DNA from: Camelus dromedarius
Lineage: Eukaryota
Direction of reading: 5' to 3'
NCBI RefSeq assembly: GCF_036321535.1
Contig: NC_087451.1
Span: 46,252,001-46,316,000 of the forward strand
DNA: 64,000 nt
The translations under genes and the position numbers were made by a program. Below the pieces are notes generated by a model. That model saw only the letters and a list, made by a program, of their open reading frames with translations, was not told the DNA's origin and searched no databases. The first letter of the stretch is position 1. Every line of letters begins with the position of its first letter. Below are positions 39,301 to 46,944 of this stretch, piece after piece.

Positions 39301-40730
39301 GTGGTTTTTCTACCACTTATTAAATTTCAACTTCCGTTACCATTAGCAATGTACAAATCTTATTCTCACTCCGATCCTAGGCCAGGAGCTTGAATTCAGG
39401 ACAGATACCAGGGTCATTTTCATTTCTGCCACCAAAGCTCAACACAGAACTGTGAATGGGGTGATATTTTTTAATTGACTGGTGAGTTCAGGTAACTCCC
39501 TTTGCATTCCACATCTTCAGTGTCTACATTCAATTGCACTCTTGCATACTGTAAACAAAGAATGTTGCCCGCCATTTCACTTCTACAAGGACCCAGCCCT
39601 CAGCCTTGCAGTCACCAACTAACAGTGCACCCTGAGGGGAATTCAGGGTGGAGAAAAACAAGAAATATTCCATGCTTGGGATACTGGCCCTGGATATTTA
39701 AGATGCATATCTAAGGAATAATTTCAACGAACCCAGATTTTTGCATCTTCCCATACATAGAAAAGCATAAAATCATTAACTTGAGATATCTGTTTTTTTG
39801 TGATTACCAGTAACCTTTTGATGTTGGGTATTTTTTTTCCCCAGCCAAAAATTCATACATATCCTGGCTCCTTCCTTACCTCTTCAGAGCAATTCCTCAG
39901 AGGTATCTGAGAAGCTGTCTCCCAGGCTACAGTTCTCAGTAAGGTCCCCAAATAAAATGTATCCCTCAAATTTTAGGTTGCTCCTTTTTCTTTCAGTTGA
40001 CAACATCTTAAGCCCCTGCTTATCAAGAGCACCCCAACAGCTTCCACATGGCGTTTGCCACCCACGTGACTCATGCAGAATCACAGCTGCTCAGGGCTTG
40101 AGAGCGGCTACTCCCAGGTGTTGGAGAGGAGAATAGATTCTGACTTCACACTGAGACCTGGACTACTGAGAGGAGAGTTGGAGCATTCACCCAGAGAGAT
40201 TAAGTATTCGAAAGAGACCATTCAAACCAGCCCCAAGAGAAGCAGAACTCTGAATATGCTAATACCTAAACCGAAAGAGACTGAGTCACTGTTCACTGGA
40301 AGAATATTACATAACTTTTTATTGATTTACTGTCTTTCCCGCTAGACTGAAAGCTCCACAAGGATAGGAACTCAATAAACATTTGTGAATGAACGTTAAT
40401 GGAAGGATGTGCTTAGACACACAGTCAGTGACTAATAAGTCCGAGCCCCCTTTCAAAGGCCATGCAACCTAACCCGCGACTCGCGACGCTTCCTGAAGCT
40501 GAAAACCTTACAGAGCTAATGGAAAGTTCAGGGGCTGTGGCTGGAATTCACATCACACCCGTTTCTCCCCTCCTTCGGCCAGGTGGGCCTCAGCCGCCCG
40601 CGACCCCCTCGCGCGCCAGCCCCTCTGGCCCCGTCTGCACCTTCATCCCCAGGACATCACGATAGAAACTCGCTGTCTGGAAGCGGTTTCCCACTTTGAA
40701 CACGAAGTGCAGAGCTCTACGAGTCGCCAT
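23070..40730 (-). CDS. GLOD4: Glyoxalase domain-containing protein 4, spliced CDS complement(join(23070..23135,28959..29045,29136..29249,29524..29610,30401..30537,33648..33792,37246..37366,38197..38246,40641..40730)), 298 aa
   Basis: Nine GT-AG exons, 90+50+121+145+137+87+114+87+66 = 897 nt, in frame: [30 protein letters not shown]...[14 protein letters not shown]. Confidence 0.96.
24074..24203. mobile_element. MER2/Tigger-type (Tc1-mariner) MITE, internally deleted, 130 bp
   Basis: 21-bp terminal inverted repeats (17/21 match) flanked by TA at 24072-24073 and 24204-24205. Confidence 0.8.
24351..24380 (+). repeat. (TG)15 microsatellite
   Basis: Perfect dinucleotide run in GLOD4 intron 8. 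Confidence 0.95.
24528..24663 (+). mobile_element. Vic-1-type SINE
   Basis: Perfect 11-bp TSD AGAAACATACA at 24517-24527 and 24664-24674. Confidence 0.93.
25530..25705. mobile_element. MIR remnant
   Basis: GAGCCTCAGTTTCCTCATCTGAAAGGGGAAT core. Confidence 0.7.
25753..25843 (-). mobile_element. Vic-1-type SINE, short form
   Basis: TSD TATTTTTCC at 25744-25752 and 25844-25852. Confidence 0.92.
26027..26165 (+). mobile_element. Vic-1-type SINE
   Basis: TSD ATTTCTGCT at 26017-26025 and 26167-26175. Confidence 0.92.
26450..27690 (+). mobile_element. L1 (L1M-type) 3' ORF2/3'UTR remnants
   Basis: Translation [31 protein letters not shown] matches the decayed L1 ORF2 C-terminus; frameshifted. Confidence 0.8.
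28110..28300. mobile_element. MIR remnant
   Basis: ATTTTTAGATAAGAAAACTGCAGTTTAGAGA...AAGGTCAGTCACA core. Confidence 0.6.
28959..29045 (-). CDS. GLOD4: GLOD4 coding exon 8
   Basis: GGTGTAG|[29 protein letters not shown]|GTGAGT; 87 nt. Confidence 0.95.
29136..29249 (-). CDS. GLOD4: GLOD4 coding exon 7
   Basis: CTCCTCAAG|[38 protein letters not shown]|GTAAGT; 114 nt. Confidence 0.95.
29524..29610 (-). CDS. GLOD4: GLOD4 coding exon 6
   Basis: CTTTTCAG|[29 protein letters not shown]|GTAATG; 87 nt. Confidence 0.94.
29690..30330. mobile_element. Old L1 fragments
   Basis: L1ME-like phrases (CCCCAGAGGCAACT...; ...TGACTCAGCAAATCCACTT); limits approximate. Confidence 0.5.
30401..30537 (-). CDS. GLOD4: GLOD4 coding exon 5
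   Basis: ACTACAG|(D)[19 protein letters not shown]...GYADNQ|GTGAGC; 137 nt. Confidence 0.95.
31020..31900 (+). mobile_element. L1 remnant interrupted by a Vic-1 SINE
   Basis: A-rich L1 3'-end phrases; limits approximate. Confidence 0.6.
31341..31456 (-). mobile_element. Vic-1-type SINE
   Basis: Reverse-complement head and tail, inserted within an L1 remnant. Confidence 0.85.
32830..33430 (+). mobile_element. Ancient ERVL/MaLR-type LTR remnant
   Basis: Degenerate MLT/LTR16-like phrases (TGATTGGCTCAGG...; ...GGGCTTTCTGATACTCACAGCTGCAAGTATCCT). Family not resolved. Confidence 0.55.
33648..33792 (-). CDS. GLOD4: GLOD4 coding exon 4
   Basis: GTCACAG|[19 protein letters not shown]...RSPPQS|GTAATT; 145 nt. 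Confidence 0.95.
34466..34604 (-). mobile_element. Vic-1-type SINE
   Basis: TSD CAT(A/G)TCATTTCT at 34454-34465 and 34605-34616. Confidence 0.9.
34620..35090. mobile_element. L2 remnant
   Basis: AAATGTCACCTCCTCAGGGAAACC... and ...CAGTGCCTGGCATACAGCAGGCACTCAA L2 3' phrases. Confidence 0.7.
35200..35640 (-). mobile_element. L1 remnant
   Basis: TTTTTGCCAATTTGATAGGTGACAAATGG and related reverse L1 3' phrases. Confidence 0.55.
35700..36440. mobile_element. L2 remnant
   Basis: L2 3'-end phrases ending ...GGCATAGAGTAAG...GTTAAATGAATAAAT. Confidence 0.65.
37246..37366 (-). CDS. GLOD4: GLOD4 coding exon 3
   Basis: TTTTCTAG|[40 protein letters not shown]|GTAAGT; 121 nt. Confidence 0.95.
37875..38023 (-). 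mobile_element. Vic-1-type SINE
   Basis: TSD TCC(A/G)ATGAATTTTT at 37861-37874 and 38027-38040. Confidence 0.9.
38197..38246 (-). CDS. GLOD4: GLOD4 coding exon 2
   Basis: CCTTACCAG|[16 protein letters not shown](G)|GTATGA; 50 nt. Confidence 0.93.
38640..39260. mobile_element. L2 remnant(s)
   Basis: CTCTGATCACAT...CAAATTCCTTAGCAC...CAACTCAAATGT phrases. Confidence 0.55.
39550..40002 (+). mobile_element. ERV-type solo LTR (boundaries approximate)
   Basis: TGTAAACA...GTTGACA with an R-like segment and AATAAA at 39951-39956; TSD not resolved. Confidence 0.65.
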
Positions 40731-41150
40731 GACCAGCAAAACCACCGAGACCACCGACACCACTCACGTTTCACGCGTAGAGCACCGCCCCGCCCCCAGA
40801 GGACGCAGGCGGGCCGGTGACGTCATTGGCCGCCGCCGGCGCGCTTTCTTGACGCAGGACCCCTCGCGGGGGAACATGGCGGCGCTGTTGAATCGCGTGG
40901 GCTGGGCAACGCGACCTGTGCTGCCAGTGGTCCAGACTTGGGACCTTGACGCGCGGCGCTGGGTCCGGGCGCTGCGGCGAAGCCCCGTGAAAGTGGTGTT
41001 TCCATCCGGTCAGGTGGTGGAACGGAAGCCCAGTCCCGGGAAGCAGCCCCGGAAGGCGGCGGCGGAGGCCAGTCCCCGCGAGCAGCGGCTGAAGCAGCCG
41101 TTTCAGGTCCCCCCATCTCAGACACCAAGCACCTGGGAAGAGTCCGGGCT
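40440..41150. promoter_or_regulatory. CpG island, bidirectional GLOD4/MRM3 promoter
   Basis: Start codons 145 bp apart; GC box 40785-40797, CRE TGACGTCA 40818-40825 abutting ATTGG, YY1-type AACATGGCGGC 40873-40883. Confidence 0.9.
40641..40730 (-). CDS. GLOD4: GLOD4 coding exon 1
   Basis: [30 protein letters not shown]; donor AAG|GTGCAG; in-frame TGA upstream at 40764-40766. Confidence 0.94.
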
Positions 41151-41189
41151 TCGCTATGATAAGGCTTTCCCTGGAGACAAAAGGCTGAG
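40876..41189 (+). CDS. MRM3: MRM3 coding exon 1
   Basis: AACATGG strong Kozak; donor GAG|GTGATG. Confidence 0.93.
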
Positions 41190-44100
41190 GTGATGTGTTT
41201 CTGAGACTTACCGAGTATTCCTATTTCTCTTCCCACCTCACAGCAGGATCTTGACCTCTCCTCCCATTGGAAGACTTCCAGTACAATTCGCTGGATTTTA
41301 TGATGCACGGAAGGCAGAATAAGTGTCTTTTTTCAAATTCGTTTGTTTCTTTCTCTGTCAAGCTCCTCCAGTCTGTTAGAATTAGGTGTGTCTCCGTAAC
41401 GAGGATGTTGGTAATTAACTGTCTTTTTATTTCCACCCACAGCAGTGTGATGACAATAGTTAAGTCCAGGCCATTTCGGGAAAAGCAAGGGAAGATTCTG
41501 CTGGAAGGTCGTAGGCTGATCGCAGACGCTCTCAAGGCTGGTGCTGTGCCCAAAGTTTTCTTCTTTAGCCGTCTGGACTACATAAAGGAGCTGCCCATTG
41601 AGAAGCTGAAAGGTGTTGGCCTCATTAAGGTGAAATTTGAGGATATCAAGGATTGGTCCGACCTAGTGACACCACAAGGAATAATGGGTTAGTGGTTATT
41701 ATACAGTTTGTCTCTAGAAGTAGAGACCTAGGATTATTTTTTCATACTTGTCTCAGGGCAACAAATTTTATTTAAACCAAATTCAAACATTACTGCCTAA
41801 CTTTTTCTTAAAACACCCAGAAAAATTTATGCATCTTGTATTTCAGTGGAAACTGAAGACAGTTTTTCTTCATCATTTGTTTGTGGTTTTTTATAGTCTT
41901 TAGGAATTTTTGAGGTCACTTCTTCAATCTTTAATGTCCAATTAAAGATTAAGAAAATGTTTACCAAAATACCCTCCATTTCCACAAAACTTCTGCCAGT
42001 GTGGCTGATACCTATATATCACTGACCCCCTTATTCTAGAAGCAGGTCTGAGCAGTAAGCTACAATTTATTGCTCTGTTTAGCTCATTGAACAGGAAACC
42101 TTGTTTTCATTTGGTGAAATCCAACTCAAGATTCTAATAGACTGTGATGTTTGTATGCACTTAGAAAGTTTTTTTTTCCTAAATATAGAGGAGTTATCTT
42201 CAAGATTCTAATGTTTAAGCCAGGGCCTGTCAAATAAGTTGTGCATGTATTCCCTGTAGTGAGCTCACTGTGCAGCTGTTTGTTGGGAGAGGAAATTTTG
42301 GAGACCATCTCTTGTTTCTATAACCCAGCATATCACAGGGATCTGTGCTTCTGCTCTCAGAACTCTCCCCTTGGGTGGGGACTTGGACTACTAAAATTCT
42401 CCACTCACTCTTGTTAACTATACCTCCCTAATCCCTACTCCATGCTGCAGTGAAAGTGTCACTCATTTTTACCATGCTTGCCATTTTGGGCATGTGTGTC
42501 AACAGTGGCTAGCCCCTTCTGGACTTCCGTAACCCCCTTCATTATTATGACTGCTTTCATCATTTCATGGCTTTTAAAAACATGTTGGGGAGGGTGTAGT
42601 TCAGTGGTAGAGCATGTGCTTAGCATGCACGAAGTCCTGGTTTCAATCCCCAGTACTTCCATTAAAATAAATAAACATAATTACAACCTTCCCCCCAAAA
42701 AAGCTATATTATTTAGATTCTCCTTACCCTGTTTTATTTCAGATTTGAGGAGGGGGTAAAAGGAGAAATAGATAAGATCTAGTACTACCTCTCAGACATT
42801 AGGCACATCTCTGAAATCCAGTAATGTAAATGGGTCCTCTAGAAGTGGAGTTCTCATACCACAGCCCTTCAACCAGAAGTTAAAGGACTTCTGAGGTCCT
42901 CTGTCCCACTGGTCTTGTGGCTATCTGTGACTCTTAAGTGCCAGGTCTTTTACAGTACACAGATGCCTGATAACATTCCATTGCCTCCACTGTTGGGTTA
43001 GGTAGAAGTTATTTATTTATTTTATTTTGGTGGGGGGAGTAGGTAATTAGGTTTATTTATTTATTTATTTTAATGGAAGTACTGGCGATTGAACCCAGGA
43101 CCATGTACATGCTAGGCACATACTCTACCACTGAGCTATACCCTCCCACCAGGTTAGGTAGAGGTATTTATTCTCACTGTGAATAAGCTGGAATAGCCTG
43201 TGGGGAGGGCAGTTTGGCGGTATCTGTTAACATTAGGAGCACACACACCATTTGTCCATTTCACTTACAGGCATTTTTCCTAGGGAAATATTTGGACATA
43301 TGCACAGACTCATACAGTGATGTTCATTGCAGCGTTGTTCACAATAGGGAAAAATTGAAAATTAAATGTCAGTTGGAGAAGAGCTAAATAAATGTGATAT
43401 TCTTGTTACAAAATAGCATGCAGCAGTTACAAGAATAAGGTAGCTTCTTATTGACATGGTAAATTCTCCAAGACATCTGATGTTATGGAGTTAAATAAGT
43501 AGATTACAGAATAATGTGGAGAGTATGATTTCTTTATGTAAAAGAAAAAGCACTTATATATGAATAGATATACATATATGTAGGTGGATGCAAGGAACAA
43601 GTTCTGAAAGGATACACTCCAAGACTGAAAAAAATTCAGTGCCTTCCTCTCCCCCCATAACCATTTTCAATCGGAATGTATTCATGTATTATGCAATTAA
43701 GAATATAGGAAGAATCATAAGTAAATAAAAAGATTATTCCTCATGCTCACATCAAACAACTGAATAACCTTTTGTGTTTCCTTAGGGATTTTTGCCAAAC
43801 CTGACCATGTTAAGATGACATACCCAGAGACTCAGCTTCGTCACACACTGCCCTTATTATTGATCTGTGACAATCTCCGTGACCCTGGGAACCTGGGGAC
43901 AATTCTGAGATCTGCTGCTGGGGCAGGCTGCAGCAAAGTATTACTCACCAAAGGTAAGAACGCTTGTTACTGGGTGGAGCAGGTGGCCATCGGTGAGCAA
44001 GCTGGCTCTGTGGGCTGATGTGCATGGGTTTGAATATTGGATCTGTCCCTTGTCCCTCACATGTAAGTGAGCAGTACTCTGAGTGTCAGTTTCCTCATCT

Positions 44101-46563
44101 GTAAAGTGGGCTTCACAGAAGGGTTGTTTTGAGGATTAAGTGAGATGATGCATGTAAAGTACTCAGCACTGTGCGAAGCACACTCAGTAGATGTTGGTTG
44201 TTTTAAAATTATTTTGACACCTGCTAGGTTATTAAATAAAGAACTTAAAATTAATCAGAGGAGAAATAGATGTTGGTTTTAACACTTGGTCATCTCCTCT
44301 CGTCAGAAATGGGAATTAGTAGGCTTGGTATCAAACAGACTTGCCTAACAGTTGGGACATGTCTAAAAGGCCTCTTACAAATTGGGGGGAGGATGGGCGG
44401 GAAAGGGTCATTCATCAGAAACAGTCAAGCTACCGTTCACTGTGACTCAGTAGTGGTACCCATGGCTGAGACTTGCCTAAATTGCTCAACTCTTCTTCCC
44501 CGTCATACCTTGTCAGAGCACATCTCTCCACTGGCATGAGAGCAAAGATGCTGGGGTTCCATCATCGGTACCCCACTTACCTGACTCATTGTTGAGACTT
44601 CTAAGAGCAGGTGTGGTTTGGGAAATGTACCCCTATAATCCAAGCAGTGTGGTTTCCACGTTGGTGCTGGTGGCTGCTGTGTAAGAGGAAGGGAAGGAGT
44701 AGGAAACACTTGGGGTGGTGCCCAGTATTGAGGACGAGGAGGAAGTCTCATCTTGTCTCTTACTCCCCACTGGGTGGAGAGGTCAGATTAGATAGTGCCC
44801 CTCATGAGTTTGGGTCCCTCCTTTGCCCTCCTTGCCTCTCATCCCTGGTTCCCTGCAGTCATGGGGAAAGCCATGCTCGAGGATCCATGTGGCCATTGTA
44901 CACGCTCCGCGTTTTATTTTCCTTTTGAAACTTGGTTTGCCTACTTAACCTGTCCTGATGTTTGACAGATTAATTCTTAAAATAATTTCTAACAAGGGCA
45001 CTTGTGCTAACAAGTCAGGGAGGAAAGTGGGTACGCGGTACCTGGTCCTGCTGTCTCCCAGTGTGTGTCCTGGGAAAGGCCCCAGGACTGCCGATGCATA
45101 GAAGCGGCTGGGCTTAGCACATGGCTATAGGGAAGCCTGCCTCTTGCGGTGGAAGTGGAGGCGTGTGAATGATAAGGCTGTTGCTGTTGCCTTGGTTCTC
45201 CCTGGATTATTGTAATTGCCTTCCATCTAATTTCCCCATCTCTAGTGTCTTCCCTGCTGCAATCCAGATTCAACATCGAAGCCAAATGGGTCTTTTTAAA
45301 ATATAAACCAGATTTGTCACTACTTTGCTTAAAATCCTTCAATGGCATTATGTTGTTTTCTGGTTAAAATCCTAAGCTCCTCAGCCTGGCACACCCCGCC
45401 GCCTTTAAATTGGCCCTTTCCTGCCTCCCATATCACCTCCCACCTCAACCCTACCCATTAATTGGCCTGATTACCTTGGTTTTGGGACGATGGCACTCTT
45501 CCCCCGTCTGTAACTTTGTCCTCTGCTCTGGTCTTTCTCACAAGGTCCTCCTGTTCTTCAAGATCCAGCTCAGTGCCATGGTCTCTGGGTTGTTTTTCCT
45601 GATAACTCTGCTTCGTGCCCAGGTTTCTGTTACCCTGTTCATACTTCTTTTACATTGGTTATTACTAATATGATAGTCATCTGTTTAAATGTCATCCAAA
45701 CGCCATTGTCCATTATGTCATGAGCTCCTTCAGGTTGGGGACTTTAATGCACTTTGCATCTCCTGTACTGTCTGGCACATACTTATGGTATAGGTTGAAT
45801 GGATGAATAAAATGTTTCAGCACTAGCAGGAGATAACCCACCAGTCCCTTTGCTGGACACTCCTGTAGCTGGGGAAGCAGAAGTCCCAGCCATCAAGAAC
45901 GCCACAGTAGGAAATTTTTTGCTTTATCTCTTGATCCAGAATTAATCTGATTGACTTCAGAGTCCCCTTGTCTGGGAAGGTTTGTAATCTTAACTGGATC
46001 TTGTCTTCTATTTTCTAGGTTGTGTGGATCCCTGGGAGCCCAAAGTGCTGCGGGCCGGGATGGGCGCACATTTCCAGGTGCCCATCATCAACAATCTGGA
46101 CTGGGAAGCAGTGCCCAACTACCTGCCCACCAATACCCGGGTCTTCGTGGCTGACAACTGCGGCCTTTATGCGCAGGCCCAGGCCCAGATGTCTAATAAG
46201 GCTAGTGACCATGGCTGGATATGTGACCGACGACTCCTAAAGTTTCACAAGTATGAGGAAGAGGAAGAGGATCTAGAAGATGGAGCCTGTGAAGGCTGGC
46301 TCCCCGAACTTGAGGTCCAGAGTTATGACTCGGATTGGACAGAGGCACCAGCAGCGGTGGTAGTAGGTGGGGAGACCCATGGCTTGAGCCTGGAGTCCCT
46401 GCAGTTGGCCGAGAGCACCAGGGGCGGGCGCCTGCTGATCCCCATCGTACCTGGTGTGGACAGCCTCAACTCCGCCATGGCTGCAAGCATCCTGCTCTTT
46501 GAAGGGAAACGACAACTGCGGGTAAGGGCGGAACACTTGAGCAGGGACAGGAGTTACCACTGA
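40876..46563 (+). CDS. MRM3: Mitochondrial rRNA methyltransferase 3 (RNMTL1, SpoU/SPOUT family), spliced CDS join(40876..41189,41443..41687,43786..43953,46019..46563), 423 aa
   Basis: 314+245+168+545 = 1272 nt in frame: MAALLNRVGWATRP... with SPOUT motifs CDNLRDPGNLGTILRSAAGAG, VVVGGETHGLS and DSLNSAMAASILLFEG. Confidence 0.96.
41443..41687 (+). CDS. MRM3: MRM3 coding exon 2
   Basis: Tandem acceptor CAG|CAG; SVMTIVKSRPFREKQGKILLEGRRLI...TPQGIM; donor G|GTTAGT. Confidence 0.93.
42587..42702 (+). mobile_element. Vic-1-type SINE
   Basis: tRNA head plus tail; TSD not clear. Confidence 0.88.
43009..43148 (-). mobile_element. Vic-1-type SINE
   Basis: TSD GGTTAGGTAGA at 42996-43006 and 43152-43162. 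Confidence 0.9.
43190..43740 (+). mobile_element. L1 remnant
   Basis: GATGTTCATTGCAGCGTTGTTCACAATAG..., typical of L1M 3' ends. Confidence 0.6.
43786..43953 (+). CDS. MRM3: MRM3 coding exon 3
   Basis: TTTCCTTAG|(G)IFAKPDHVKMTYP...SKVLLTK|GTAAGA; 168 nt. Confidence 0.95.
44030..44195. mobile_element. MIR remnant
   Basis: GTGTCAGTTTCCTCATCTGTAAAGTGGG...GAGGATTAAGTGAGATGATGCATGTAAAG core. Confidence 0.75.
45080..45810. mobile_element. L2 remnant
   Basis: CTTTGCTTAAAATCCTTCAATGGC...CTTCAAGATCCAGCTCAGTGCC...CTGGCACATACTT...GAATGGATGAATAAAA. Confidence 0.7.
46019..46563 (+). CDS. MRM3: MRM3 coding exon 4 (last)
   Basis: TTTTCTAG|(G)CVDPWEPKVLRAGMGAHF...HLSRDRSYH, stop TGA. Confidence 0.96.
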
Positions 46564-46693
46564 GGGGGGATGACAGTCAATCCTCGGTTTGAGGCTGTCT
46601 CTGTGGTTACTGGAAAAATAGGAATTTCCATGAAGTTCTGCTTATCCTCAAAAATAAGAAAGGTTAAAATTCTTCCTGAGCTCTTCCAACTAA

Positions 46694-46734
46694 CGTGTGT
46701 GTGTGTGTATCTGTGTGTGGGTGAGAGAGAGTGT
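46694..46734 (+). repeat. Imperfect compound (GT)n/(GA)n microsatellite
   Basis: In the MRM3 3'UTR. Confidence 0.75.
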
Positions 46735-46938
46735 AAGTAATGATCCTCAGGGCTCTCTATGTATGTGTTTTTAAAAATTGTCCACCAAGGAGCATTTTTG
46801 TGCCCAGAAAGTTCCTGAAAGCGTCATCTTGGCCAGGGAGGACCGCTCTCTCCACCGGCTGGGGGTGCTTCGCAGTCGTGGAGCACTGGCTGTAGGCCAG
46901 GCTCCATCACCAGCTCCTCTGATGGTTGGTCAATGGAA

Positions 46939-46944
46939 AATAAA
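46939..46944 (+). terminator. MRM3 polyadenylation signal AATAAA
   Basis: About 375 nt after the stop; ATTAAA at 46974-46979 and GU-rich sequence follow. Confidence 0.65.
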
